64,000 nt of DNA from Candidatus Cloacimonadota bacterium (GTDB lineage Bacteria; Cloacimonadota; Cloacimonadia; G963667145): contig OY781092.1 in assembly GCA_963676615.1 (NCBI GenBank), forward strand, positions 64,001-128,000, in the 5' to 3' direction. The position numbers and the translations under genes were made by a program. The notes under the pieces were generated by a model. The model had not been told where the DNA came from and searched no databases. It saw nothing but the letters and a program-made list of their open reading frames with translations. Positions 1-10,294 of the stretch are shown here, piece after piece (the stretch's first letter is position 1; each line of letters opens with the position of its first letter).

Positions 1-2
1 AA

Positions 3-692
3 TATCGTGGAACAATTGACATTATTTCGGGAGGGTTTCCGTGCCAACCCTTTTCTGTCGCTGGGCAGCAACGAGGCACGGCAGATGACCGCTACTTCTG
101 GGACGAAATGTTTCGAGTTATTACAGAGGTTAGACCCAGATGGGTCGTTGCAGAAAATGTTGGCGGGTTTATTATTATCGACAACGGGCTGGTATTCGAG
201 CAAACGATTTTTGGCTTGGAAGGTGAGGGCTACGAGGTGCAAACATATATTATTCCAGCTTGTGCCGTCGATGCCCCGCACAGACGAGACAGGGTTTGGA
301 TTGTTGCCTACGCCGCAGACGCAGGGATTAAAGGTTTGCAAAAATCGAAAATCGGTGCTGATGGATTTGGAGATGCTACCGACGCCGACAGCGTCGGACG
401 GAACGGGAGGGGTGGCAAAAAATGTGCAAATTCGGAACGGCAGAGCGGTGAGAACGAACAAGAAAGGCGAGATCTGGGGCGTGAAGCTCAAAGATGTGGC
501 AGAGAGTTTACACAATCAACCTGGGACAACTTCCCGACTCAATCCCCGATTTGTCGAGGAAATGATGGGATTTCCAGTCGGCTGGACAGAATTAAAGCGC
601 TAGGGAACGCAATCGTCCCACAGGTGGCATTTGAAATATTCAAGTCAATTGATAAAATAGAGAGGGGAAATGAAATGTCCCAAATGCGGTAG
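3..692 (+). CDS. DNA (cytosine-5) methyltransferase, large/catalytic polypeptide (5' partial)
   Basis: Frame is open from position 3: IDIISGGFPCQPFS (motif IV), AENV (VI), PHRRDRVWIVA (VIII), RIKALGNAIVPQVA (X); motif IX is absent from this frame. Confidence 0.93.
   Translation, partial: YRGTIDIISGGFPCQPFSVAGQQRGTADDRYFWDEMFRVITEVRPRWVVAENVGGFIIIDNGLVFEQTIFGLEGEGYEVQTYIIPACAVDAPHRRDRVWIVAYAADAGIKGLQKSKIGADGFGDATDADSVGRNGRGGKKCANSERQSGENEQERRDLGREAQRCGREFTQSTWDNFPTQSPICRGNDGISSRLDRIKALGNAIVPQVAFEIFKSIDKIERGNEMSQMR
7..603 (+). CDS. Overlapping-frame small subunit of the C5 methyltransferase (motif IX, probable TRD)
   Basis: 198-aa ORF nested in another frame of the MTase; two LPTP motifs and C-terminal RLNPRFVEEMMGFPVGWT (motif IX-like). 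Confidence 0.8.
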   Translation: MEQLTLFREGFRANPFLSLGSNEARQMTATSGTKCFELLQRLDPDGSLQKMLAGLLLSTTGWYSSKRFLAWKVRATRCKHILFQLVPSMPRTDETGFGLLPTPQTQGLKVCKNRKSVLMDLEMLPTPTASDGTGGVAKNVQIRNGRAVRTNKKGEIWGVKLKDVAESLHNQPGTTSRLNPRFVEEMMGFPVGWTELKR

Positions 693-909
693 TCATCTGA
701 AAAACAAACGGACTCGGCAAATTTCAAAAACATTCTGTATTGTTGAATATTATTGCTTTAAATGTGCAAAAAAATTTAAGGCTGATTTGAATTTGAAAAC
801 GCATAGTGTGGATAAACCGATTACATTTGAAGAAGAAAAAAAATGGGAGAGACCTCAAAATAACTTTTGTGGTGGAAAGAGCCAATCCACCACAAAGCAT
901 ATTGACTAA
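670..909 (+). CDS. Small zinc-ribbon protein, possibly an Ogr/Delta-like late activator
   Basis: CPKC...CFKC spacing resembles P2 Ogr; lies just before the packaging operon. Confidence 0.5.
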   Translation: MKCPKCGSHLKNKRTRQISKTFCIVEYYCFKCAKKFKADLNLKTHSVDKPITFEEEKKWERPQNNFCGGKSQSTTKHID

Positions 910-1073
910 CGAAGGCAACCTCTTTCTTTAGAGAGAAGATAAGGAATAGAGGGTGTGATGAAAATAATAAATGTTATAGGTTCTGTCAGAGGGGGCGGGG
1001 GTGTAATGGGTTTATTCTCGAGGCGCGCCCTTTTTTTTCACACTGCGTTTTTTTTTGGGCGAGGTTGCTAGGT

Positions 1074-1604
1074 ATGGAACTTGTGACTGCCAAACAGCTA
1101 GCTGCAATTCGAGGATGCACTCCTCAAAATATCTACAAAGAAAAAGTGCCGAAAGCAAAAAAAGGTTATTACGATCTCAAAAATCCAGCGGTGCGAGAAT
1201 TTCTAATCGCACCCTACAAACGAGCTTGGATAAAAGAGCAAGAATCCAAGCAGTCTCAAATGGCGGTAAATCCTGCAAATTCAGACCTTAAAGAACAGTT
1301 GATTTTTGAAAGCAAAGAGTTTAAAAAAAACCAAAATAAAAAATTGAGGCTCGAATATTCTATAAAAAAACAAGAATTAATTCCCGCAAAATTGATGATG
1401 ATTTGGGTTGGTTACTTCGCATCTGCGGTTAGCACAAATTTTTTGAATTTAGGAAGCAGGGTTGCCAGAGGTGATGTCAAATTGCGCGACAAAATAGAGG
1501 GTGAGGTAAAACTTGCAATTCGCAAAACGAAAGAGTTCGCGTTTAAGTCGCTCAAAAAAGACGGACAAAATATGATTGACGAGCTGGAAGGGTTGGATGC
1601 TTAG
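1074..1604 (+). CDS. Terminase small subunit (Nu1-like)
   Basis: N-terminal HTH (VTAKQLAAIRGCTPQNIY), coiled coil, overlaps the terL start; GAGG RBS before ATG 1074. Confidence 0.8.
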   Translation: MELVTAKQLAAIRGCTPQNIYKEKVPKAKKGYYDLKNPAVREFLIAPYKRAWIKEQESKQSQMAVNPANSDLKEQLIFESKEFKKNQNKKLRLEYSIKKQELIPAKLMMIWVGYFASAVSTNFLNLGSRVARGDVKLRDKIEGEVKLAIRKTKEFAFKSLKKDGQNMIDELEGLDA

Positions 1605-3498
1605 ATTGTTGACCAAATCTGATCTCCACAACGCTATAAATCTAATAGGTTTGACTGCCAATCGGATAATTCCTGAGGAAATAAACAGAACAAAAGTGTC
1701 TGTTTGGGCTCAGGAAAATAGAACACTAAAAGAGGGTCCGTTGCAAGGCGCATTTTCTTTTAGTTTTACACCATTTTTGCGAGAGATTGCCGATCGCCTT
1801 AGTCCGTCCGACCCTTGCCGAGAGGTGGTGGTGATGAAAGGCACGCGCCTTGGGGCGACTGTGGGAGTTGGTGAGAATTGGATCGGGGCGACCATTGACG
1901 CTTTCCCTTGTGAGATGGCTTATATCACAAGCGGTGGAGATATGGCGGGGGCGCAAATGGATTTGCGAGTCGATAGCCTTATTAACAATTCTGGCATCGC
2001 CGAAAAAATCGGTAATGTCGAAAAAAGGGAGACTCAAAAGAAAACTGGCGACCGCAATGTGCGCAAAAATTTCCCAGGTGGCTATTTAATGGCAGGTGGT
2101 CCAAAAGCGCAATTTATCAAAAGAGCGTTCGGGTTTAAGCAATTATATATCGATGAGGTGGACGCGTTTCAAGATAACATCGATAAAGAGGGCGACCCTG
2201 TGGCGCTATATCGGCGGCGGGTGGATACATATCCCGACAGCTCCAAAATCTTGTGGACTTCGTCGCCTCTTTTCAAACACAATTCCAAAATTTATAGTCT
2301 TTATAAGGAGGGTGATCAGCGCAAGTTTTTTGTGCCCTGCAAAGATTGTGGGCATATGCAGTTTTTGCGTTGGGGCAAAAAAGACAAGCCGGGCGGACTA
2401 AAATTTGAACACACTGAAGATGATAAGTTGGTGGAGGGTTCGGTCTATTACGAGTGCGAAGAGTGCGGCTCGGTATGGACGAACGCAGATAAAGACATTT
2501 TTTTGGCAAAAGGACAGTGGCGACCGACTGAGGACAGACCTCGCAATCCGCAAATTAAATCTTACCACCTTCCACAATTATATTCGCCGATTGGGTTTCG
2601 ATCGTGGGAGAGTGGAGTTCGACAATTTTTGGAAATCAAGCACGAGGGGTTTCCAATTTTGAAATTTCAAAACTGGGTGAATACATTTTTGGGCGAGCCG
2701 TTTGAGAATAGAACTGAACGACCGAAAATTGAGCGGCTTTTGCAACGCTCTGGCGAGTATAACAAAGGTAATCTTCCAAAAAATGCCAAACCGCTATTTT
2801 TAACAGCGTGGGCGGATGTGCAAAAAGACCGTATCGAATGTGAGATTGTGGCACACGGCAAAAATTTCGTGACTTGGAGCGTGGATTATTTGGTTTTTTA
2901 TGGAGACACAGCAGACGAGTCTTCCAGTTGCTATACCAAATTTGCGTCTGCAGTGGCAAAGAGCTGGGCGGGTCACAACATTATTTTGGCAGGTATTGAC
3001 GCAGGCTATAACACCAACATCGCATCAAGTTTTTGTGATAATGTGGATTTGCCGATTTACACGACGATGGGGTTTGAGCGAATTAGCAAATTGTCGATAA
3101 AAATGGTGGCACTTCCAGATTTTGCTAAAAGTAGAATTGAGATTAACACGGCGGTTTTTAAAGAAGAAATTTATAACAATTTAGCGAAATCTAGACAAGA
3201 GGACGGCACCTACCCCCGCGGTTTTATGCACTTCCCGCAGAACTATGACCGCAAATATTACAATATGTTAACGGCTGAAGATAAAGTGCGTGAGGTCAAA
3301 AATGGTGTAGTAAAAATAAAGTGGGACGCAAAGTCACGGCGGAATGAGGCTCTGGACTGTAGAGTTGGCAATTTGGCTTTGCGTAACGCAGTAAGAGAGC
3401 TGATTAACGACGAGCTGGTGGGGATGGGTGAAATAGAAGAAAAAGAGCGGGTGAGCTGGGACGATTTTTGGGTTGTAATGGAAAATAGAGAGGGGTAA
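1597..3498 (+). CDS. Terminase large subunit, lambda GpA family
   Basis: TPFLREI, VMKGTRLGAT (Walker A variant), YIDEVD (Walker B), CxxC pairs, RNEALDC. Confidence 0.95.
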   Translation: MLRLLTKSDLHNAINLIGLTANRIIPEEINRTKVSVWAQENRTLKEGPLQGAFSFSFTPFLREIADRLSPSDPCREVVVMKGTRLGATVGVGENWIGATIDAFPCEMAYITSGGDMAGAQMDLRVDSLINNSGIAEKIGNVEKRETQKKTGDRNVRKNFPGGYLMAGGPKAQFIKRAFGFKQLYIDEVDAFQDNIDKEGDPVALYRRRVDTYPDSSKILWTSSPLFKHNSKIYSLYKEGDQRKFFVPCKDCGHMQFLRWGKKDKPGGLKFEHTEDDKLVEGSVYYECEECGSVWTNADKDIFLAKGQWRPTEDRPRNPQIKSYHLPQLYSPIGFRSWESGVRQFLEIKHEGFPILKFQNWVNTFLGEPFENRTERPKIERLLQRSGEYNKGNLPKNAKPLFLTAWADVQKDRIECEIVAHGKNFVTWSVDYLVFYGDTADESSSCYTKFASAVAKSWAGHNIILAGIDAGYNTNIASSFCDNVDLPIYTTMGFERISKLSIKMVALPDFAKSRIEINTAVFKEEIYNNLAKSRQEDGTYPRGFMHFPQNYDRKYYNMLTAEDKVREVKNGVVKIKWDAKSRRNEALDCRVGNLALRNAVRELINDELVGMGEIEEKERVSWDDFWVVMENREG

Positions 3499-3499
3499 G

Positions 3500-3736
3500 A
3501 TGTTTACTGAGGCAGAGATAAGAGATAAAATTGCTAAAATTTCGGGAGCGATAGATCAAGTTTTGAGCGGCGGGAAAACCTATATGCTGAGTGATGGGCA
3601 CGGTTCGCAGACGGTAACTCGCTCTACGCTGGGCGAGCTTCAGAGAGGTTTGGAGTATTGGAAGTCTGAGTTGATTAACTTAATTGGTGCGCCTGCGCTG
3701 GTATCGACAGGAGCAAGTCGCCGTGAGTTTTTTTAG
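3500..3736 (+). CDS. gpW-like head-tail joining protein
   Basis: 78 aa between terL and portal; helix-hairpin-helix pattern (GKTYMLSDG...VTRSTLGEL). Confidence 0.75.
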   Translation: MFTEAEIRDKIAKISGAIDQVLSGGKTYMLSDGHGSQTVTRSTLGELQRGLEYWKSELINLIGAPALVSTGASRREFF

Positions 3737-5222
3737 TCGTTTTAGCAAGAAAGAAAAGAGCCCGCAAGCGCTTTTGCCGCATCCATTGCCGATAACAGTT
3801 TTTAGCTCGCAAACTACCAATCCGTTTTCGTTTGCCGATATGCCCGAACAAAATTTTGCTGCTCGGCGTCAGCAGGCACGGACAGTGATGGCAGAGTCGC
3901 TAATTGCCAAAAATATTGTGCAACGGCTGTGTGATAATGTGGTGAACGCTGGGCTAAGCTGGGAGTCAACCCCGATTTGGGATTTAATCAAAGACGCGCC
4001 AAAAAGCGAAGATGAGCGCAAAAAATTTACCCGCAAAATCGAAAACAAATGGAAATTGTATGCAAACAGCAAAGAGGCGGATTGGCGAGGTCAATTTACC
4101 CTGCAGCAGTTGCAAGTGCAGATTTTTAAAAAATTTTTGAACGAGGGTGAGTTTTTTGCTGTTATTCGTTATTTGAATAGTCACACACGGTTATCGCCAG
4201 TGACAATCCAGATACTTAATAATGACCAAATTGTGCAGCCAACCGACTCGGCGCTGATAAATAACGCAAAGAAACGAGGCAATTCGATTGTCGAGGGCAT
4301 CGAGTTTGATTCTACGGGGGCAGAGGTGGCTATTTATGTGCTGAAAAAAATGGGGGAGACCCCAGTTCGTATTTTGTTTTTTGGCGAAAAGTCAAAACGG
4401 CAATTTGTTATCCACGGCACCAATCATCAGTTCCGAGGCAAAAGTCGCCTGGCAGATATGGTTTACGAATTAGACCGCCTGTCAAAATATGACGAGGCGG
4501 AGCTAGAGGCGACTGTTACTGCGTCTAAATTTGTGGCGGCTGTTGAGTATAAGAATGAATATAAACAGATAGGAAATCGCCTGGCAGGTGGTATAAGCCT
4601 GGGGGGGGCTAGAAAAACGGCTAAATCTAAGACTCCAGAAGGATTGGAGAGGCAAGAGATTGACGGGCAGGCGCTTATTATTAACAATTTGCCGCCTGGT
4701 GCGGAGTTTAAGGGATATCAGCCTAACCGTCCTAACGCAAACTACGAAAAATTTGTGGATAGTTTTTGCACACGCCTGGCTGGACTCTGGGGGATGCCGC
4801 TTTCGATTTTTAAGATGCTTTTTTCTAGTTCTTATTCGGCTGGCAGAGCGGAGGTTTTGCTTTTTTGGAATTCGGTGCAAGTTTTTAGAGCTGATTTCGT
4901 GAGTGGATTTTTGAACGATTTTAAAAAAGCGGTGGTGAGTGAATGGGAGAAAAAGGGTGAGCTGAAAATGGATGGATTTGGTGTGCCCGCCGTGCGAGAG
5001 GCTTGGCTCTATGGCTCTTGGACGGGGATATCTCGACCTGTGGTTGACCCTGTGCGTGAGATAAACGCAATAAAATCTCGTATTGCCGAGGGACACACGA
5101 CAAGGGAGCGAGAGTCCAAAGCGTTCAACGGTAGTGATTTCATCGAGAATATCGATCGTCTCAAAATTGAGAACGAAGAGTTGGCTAAGGCAAGAGGTAA
5201 ATTAGAACAGGAGGCTAAATGA
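3723..5222 (+). CDS. Portal protein, lambda family
   Basis: NEGEFF, GIEFD, QFRG, SYSAGR and VDPVRE motifs; GTG start after AGGAG. Confidence 0.92.
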   Translation: MSFFSRFSKKEKSPQALLPHPLPITVFSSQTTNPFSFADMPEQNFAARRQQARTVMAESLIAKNIVQRLCDNVVNAGLSWESTPIWDLIKDAPKSEDERKKFTRKIENKWKLYANSKEADWRGQFTLQQLQVQIFKKFLNEGEFFAVIRYLNSHTRLSPVTIQILNNDQIVQPTDSALINNAKKRGNSIVEGIEFDSTGAEVAIYVLKKMGETPVRILFFGEKSKRQFVIHGTNHQFRGKSRLADMVYELDRLSKYDEAELEATVTASKFVAAVEYKNEYKQIGNRLAGGISLGGARKTAKSKTPEGLERQEIDGQALIINNLPPGAEFKGYQPNRPNANYEKFVDSFCTRLAGLWGMPLSIFKMLFSSSYSAGRAEVLLFWNSVQVFRADFVSGFLNDFKKAVVSEWEKKGELKMDGFGVPAVREAWLYGSWTGISRPVVDPVREINAIKSRIAEGHTTRERESKAFNGSDFIENIDRLKIENEELAKARGKLEQEAK

Positions 5223-6265
5223 CAAAAATTGTGATAGAGGGGATAATCGGATGGGATGTGACGGCGGAGAGTGTTCGTCCGCTGGTGGTCGCCGCCGAAA
5301 ATGAGATAGACTTGGTGGTCAATTCGCCCGGGGGGTCTGTTTACGAGGGCATCGCTATTTTTAATCTTTTGCGTGATTTTCGCCGCGGCGGTGGAGTTGT
5401 AAACGCAAAAATAAAAGGGCTGGCGGCGTCGATGGCTACTTATGTGGCGATGGCGGCAGATAGTGTGTCGGTGGAAGATAATGCCGTTTGGATGGTTCAC
5501 AATCCGTGGAATATCAGCGTGGGCGATGCCAGGGAGATGCGGAAAGAGGCGGATATTTTGGATGGACTGGCTAAAATCTTGCGCAAATCTTACGAGCAAA
5601 AAACAGGCAGAGACGATGTGGCGAAGCTTATGGATGATGAGTCGTATTTTTACGGCAGTGAAATTGTGGACAGTGGTTTTGCGGATAAATTGATAATGGC
5701 AGCTGAGGGTGCAGAGAGCAAGGAACAGTCTATGGCGCTTTGCAAAATTTCTCTGGAAAATTGCGTTTCAAGATTGCGGCAAGAGCCAGAAAAAAATCAG
5801 TTAGGTAAGGTGGCCGCTCTTTTGCCACAAGCACAAGAAAAAATCGAGCCAGAGGCTCGACCAAAACCAGCCGATAACGGCAAAAATACAGGAGGTCAAA
5901 TGACTATCGAAAAATTAAAAACAGATCATCCCGACATCTACGCTTTGGCGGTTGATGCTGGCGTGAAAAAAGAGAGAGACAGGCGCAACGCGATTGTGGA
6001 CATTGGCAAAGCTGACGCCGAAAACAGCATTCTCGCCGAGGTAGTGGCACAGGCGGTGCAAGATGGAACCGCTCCTGAAAGCCCTGCCCTTGCCGCCAAA
6101 GTTGCCGCGGCTATCAGAGATGGCAAAAAAATAGATGGCGAAAATCCGCCAGCTGTGGATACTCTCCCAGATGCAGACCAGACGCCTTTGTCTAAAGCGG
6201 AGAAAGCAACTTGCCGAGCGTTGGGGATTAGCGAAAAAGCGTTTAGAGAGCAAAAGGAGGCTTGA
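5219..6265 (+). CDS. ClpP-type prohead protease with C-terminal scaffold region
   Basis: VNSPGGSVYEG, GLAASMA, MVHNP. Confidence 0.92.
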   Translation: MTKIVIEGIIGWDVTAESVRPLVVAAENEIDLVVNSPGGSVYEGIAIFNLLRDFRRGGGVVNAKIKGLAASMATYVAMAADSVSVEDNAVWMVHNPWNISVGDAREMRKEADILDGLAKILRKSYEQKTGRDDVAKLMDDESYFYGSEIVDSGFADKLIMAAEGAESKEQSMALCKISLENCVSRLRQEPEKNQLGKVAALLPQAQEKIEPEARPKPADNGKNTGGQMTIEKLKTDHPDIYALAVDAGVKKERDRRNAIVDIGKADAENSILAEVVAQAVQDGTAPESPALAAKVAAAIRDGKKIDGENPPAVDTLPDADQTPLSKAEKATCRALGISEKAFREQKEA

Positions 6266-6267
6266 TA

Positions 6268-6681
6268 ATGGCACTTACAGCATCACAACAGTTAGAAATA
6301 ATGGGGAAAGCAAACAGATTGCCTCAAAAATTGGCTGCCTCGGGCACTTATTACAGAGGTGGGTTGATGGTTTTTAATGCGGCAGGATTTTTGGCTGCGA
6401 CAGGTGGCGGTGTGCCAGCTGGCGTGTTAACTGGATATGGGTTTGAGCCAGGCGAAGAGACGCAAATTGTGCCAGCTGGTGCAAATCCTGTGGCAGAAAT
6501 TGAGGTCGGGCTTGTTTGGGTGCCGTTTGCTGCTGCCCAATCCGATGTGGGTTCTACTTTTTACATCGCCGACGATAACACAATAACCAAATCCGCAGGT
6601 GACAACACGCACGGCTTGATTTGCAAGGGCTACAAAGCTGGATTTGTGTTGTTAGATTTCGGCAATATTGTTGCCGTTTAA
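6268..6681 (+). CDS. Head decoration/cement protein
   Basis: Between protease and capsid; QSDVGSTFYIADDNT motif typical of Mu-like prophage head genes. Confidence 0.65.
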   Translation: MALTASQQLEIMGKANRLPQKLAASGTYYRGGLMVFNAAGFLAATGGGVPAGVLTGYGFEPGEETQIVPAGANPVAEIEVGLVWVPFAAAQSDVGSTFYIADDNTITKSAGDNTHGLICKGYKAGFVLLDFGNIVAV

Positions 6682-6696
6682 AAAAAAGGAGAAAAA

Positions 6697-7572
6697 ATGT
6701 TAATAAATTCTAGCACTTTGAAGCCAGGTATTGATGCAGCGTTTAGCATAGCTTATGCGGGGATGCTAACTCGGGACTACTTGAAGGCGTTCAGCACAAT
6801 TTTTATGGAGGTGCCCAGCACTGGCGCTCAAAATGAGTATGCGTGGCTTGGCGATGTGCCAGGTGTGCGGGAGTGGATTGGTGACAAATCGCTGGCAGGA
6901 TTGAAAGATTACGATTATGTGATCAAAAACAAAGATTATTATTCTGGGTTTGCTATCGACCGCAACGAGCTGGAGGATGAGCAACTTCCCGCAATATTGC
7001 CACGCGTGGCGATGCTGGGCGAAGATGTAGCCAAGTGGCCGCTGGAGCTGGCAATCAATGCGCTCAAAATGGGACAAACTGGTCTTGCTTTTGATGGTAA
7101 GCCATTTTTTAGCGATAGAGGCACAAACGACAACCTGCTATCAGGCACAGGCATCAGCGCCGCTCAAATCAAGGCTGATATTACCACCGCCAGAACTACA
7201 ATGATGAAGTTTGTGTCAGATACTGGCAAAAAACTTGGCTTGCAAATGGACACCATCGTCTGCCCACCCGAGCTGGAAGCGTTGTTTTTGGAGGCGTGCA
7301 CTTCTGTAGTTGGTGAGACTGCCGCTCGACCTGCAGCAGGCTGGATTAAGAATGTGGTGGTTGCGCCAGAATTGACCGACAGCAGCGACTGGTATGGTCT
7401 TTGCACATCCAACGCTATCCGCCCAATAATCGTGCAAAAGCGTAAAGATGTTACTACAGTTTTGGATGACTCTGAGGTCAAGAAAAGTAAAAAGTTGAGC
7501 TACTCTGCGGAGATGCGAGGTAATGCTGGCTACGGATTTTACCAGATGGCAGTGAAAGTCGTGAATAGCTAG
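6697..7572 (+). CDS. Major capsid protein, Mu gpT family
   Basis: YAWLGDVPGVREWIG, IKNKDY, FDGKPFF, RGNAGYGFYQMA. Confidence 0.93.
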   Translation: MLINSSTLKPGIDAAFSIAYAGMLTRDYLKAFSTIFMEVPSTGAQNEYAWLGDVPGVREWIGDKSLAGLKDYDYVIKNKDYYSGFAIDRNELEDEQLPAILPRVAMLGEDVAKWPLELAINALKMGQTGLAFDGKPFFSDRGTNDNLLSGTGISAAQIKADITTARTTMMKFVSDTGKKLGLQMDTIVCPPELEALFLEACTSVVGETAARPAAGWIKNVVVAPELTDSSDWYGLCTSNAIRPIIVQKRKDVTTVLDDSEVKKSKKLSYSAEMRGNAGYGFYQMAVKVVNS

Positions 7573-7581
7573 GAGGCGTAA

Positions 7582-7945
<364 letters not shown>

Positions 7946-7949
<4 letters not shown>

Positions 7950-8284
7950 GCCTAAGAGAGCAAGCTCGCCAAGATTTTGCCGCTAATCTTGTGATCGACG
8001 GGGACCAGGTCGTAATCACTTATGAGGATGCGTCCACGCAAAAAATAATGGGGAAAATAGTGAGGGTGGATAATCAGCTTGACCCAGTTGGCGTGCCGTA
8101 TCGAGAGCCACGCACGATTGTGACTTGCTCGCTAAGCTCTTTGAACAAGCAAATTACAGATAACACGCAGATAGAGATTGCAGACTCTGAGGGTAATAAA
8201 TTGAAGTCTAAATGCAGCGATAGGAGCTACGATCGCACCCTAGGGTTTGTGTCGATAACAATGGAGGTGCTGGATGAGAGCTGA
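7946..8284 (+). CDS. Putative head-tail joining/closure protein
   Basis: Size and position; beta-rich pattern. Confidence 0.55.
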
Positions 8285-8828
8285 TTTTGATATTTTTATC
8301 GAAAAATTGAGTCACGCTCTTGTGGCATTTTCGGATGCGCAAAATCCAAAATTAAGGTTTAAGGTGCTGACAGACGATTGGCGAGCTCGACAAGGTAAGC
8401 GGGGCGTCTATGTGCATGTAAATTTTGCCAGCTTGCACGCGCAGAACGATTCTAAGGATTGTAAGCAACATCGGGCTATTGTCAATCTGGATTGTATATC
8501 GATTGCTGCTGCTACAAATAGTAAAAACGGTTCTAAAATTACGGCGGAGCGCAATCGCTATTTGGTGCAACAGATTTGGGAGGCTATTTTTGACCAAAAC
8601 GATCCAAATTTGGGAATGCCTGTCGGGGCAATGGCGAATTTGAAAATCGACTCTGTCTCTGCTTTTCCAGATGATATGGCAATTGAGCTTGGGTTCCAAG
8701 GATTGCGTGTGGTTGTGTCGGCTGAGTTTGGGTTTAATCCAGCGGCTGCAACGGGGCATAAATTGGAAGAAATATCTGCAACAGCGCCGAATTGGGGTGC
8801 ATTTTTTAATAATGAGGAGGGAAATTGA
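8274..8828 (+). CDS. Putative tail terminator/neck protein
   Basis: Position immediately before the sheath gene. Confidence 0.5.
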   Translation: MRADFDIFIEKLSHALVAFSDAQNPKLRFKVLTDDWRARQGKRGVYVHVNFASLHAQNDSKDCKQHRAIVNLDCISIAAATNSKNGSKITAERNRYLVQQIWEAIFDQNDPNLGMPVGAMANLKIDSVSAFPDDMAIELGFQGLRVVVSAEFGFNPAAATGHKLEEISATAPNWGAFFNNEEGN

Positions 8829-10276
8829 TAAGTTTTAATAGTATTCCACAAAACGCCGCCGCTAGTGGTGTATATGTGGAGCAAGAAAATGTGAACAGAA
8901 ATGCTGGTTCGCCGATTTTAACCAGACGAATTTTGGTGATTGGACAATTCAATACAGGCAAAAATCCAGCCGTAAATAAACCGCAGTTGATTATTAGTAG
9001 AAACGATGCGTGGGGGCGGTATGGCAGAGGTTCGATGCTGGCGATTATGCTGGAACACGCCCTGCAATATGGCAAAGGCTCGGAGGTTTATGCTCTGCCA
9101 ATAGCAGACGGCACCGTGGCAAACACTTGGACGCTAGAGGTGGCAGGAACAGCCACCGCCGCAGGTGAGTTGGCTGTCTATGTTGAGGGCAAAAAGCTCT
9201 CTATGGCAGTGGCTAGCGCAGACACAGCCCAGAGCGTGGCGACTAGAATTGCAAACGCTTTCACGGCTGATTTGGATTTGCCAATAACAGCGACCGCTAG
9301 CAATGGCACAGTGACGGTGACTAGCAGATGGAAAGGCGAGAGTGGTAAACAAATAGACATCTCGGCAAATTTGGGCGGAGAGTCTATCCCCGCGGGGCTG
9401 AGCTTGTCTATTGTGGACAACGAGGATGGTGCAGGCGACCCGCCTATCGCTGCAGCTCTGGCAAATTCCAAAGAGATTTGGTTTACTGAAATAGCAAATC
9501 CCTATAATAGTGTCGATAATATCGCGGCTATGGAGGCTCACGGTGAGGTGGTGAACGCCCCGCAAGTAATGAAGCAATTTGCGGGATTTGTGGGTTATAC
9601 AGACGCCATCACGAAATTTTTGTCGATGTTGGGCGGCAGGAACTCGCAATGGACGACCTTTGTGCCAGTGCCGGGTAGCGTGACGAGTGCTTATCGTTTG
9701 GCTGTTATGGCAGCGACGCTTTTTTCTGCTAGCAATGGAGCAGAGCCTGGGCGCCCTGTGAAAAATCTAAAATTGACTAACGCCAAAGCGGGCAATGCGG
9801 ATATGAGCCAGCAAAAAGATTTGATCGTGCGCGCGGGTGGATCTTGGACGATTAACAACGGGGATGGCACGGTAACCATCGGCGACCTCTGCACAACTCG
9901 CACCACCGACGACGCAGGAGCCGACACAGACGATTGGAGGTTTACAGATATTATCTCCAATATCCAGTTCAAAATCTACGCTCTTGGTCAAAAACTTTTG
10001 CAAGAGCCGTTTAGTCGAGGCGTGGTGTTGGCTGATGAGGCGAGAGTGGCTCCAACTTATGGCGTGCGCCCAAAAACGGTAAAGGGAATGGCGATTGGGC
10101 TTGTGGACGATTGGGTGGCTCGCGGGCTTACCACAGACAGAGATAATGTAGTGTCTGGAATTGTGGCTGAGATAGATGCCGCCAATCCAGGGCGAATAAA
10201 TTTGCAGATTCCAGATACACCCTCGGCAGGTTTGCGAGTTTTGGCGGCAAAATTGCAATGGGGTTTTTTGGTTTAA
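8825..10276 (+). CDS. Tail sheath protein (Mu gpL-like)
   Basis: MISFNSIP, YGRGSMLAIM, W-KGESG, EIDAANPGRIN. Confidence 0.92.
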   Translation: MISFNSIPQNAAASGVYVEQENVNRNAGSPILTRRILVIGQFNTGKNPAVNKPQLIISRNDAWGRYGRGSMLAIMLEHALQYGKGSEVYALPIADGTVANTWTLEVAGTATAAGELAVYVEGKKLSMAVASADTAQSVATRIANAFTADLDLPITATASNGTVTVTSRWKGESGKQIDISANLGGESIPAGLSLSIVDNEDGAGDPPIAAALANSKEIWFTEIANPYNSVDNIAAMEAHGEVVNAPQVMKQFAGFVGYTDAITKFLSMLGGRNSQWTTFVPVPGSVTSAYRLAVMAATLFSASNGAEPGRPVKNLKLTNAKAGNADMSQQKDLIVRAGGSWTINNGDGTVTIGDLCTTRTTDDAGADTDDWRFTDIISNIQFKIYALGQKLLQEPFSRGVVLADEARVAPTYGVRPKTVKGMAIGLVDDWVARGLTTDRDNVVSGIVAEIDAANPGRINLQIPDTPSAGLRVLAAKLQWGFLV

Positions 10277-10294
10277 TTTCTAGGGAGGAAAATA

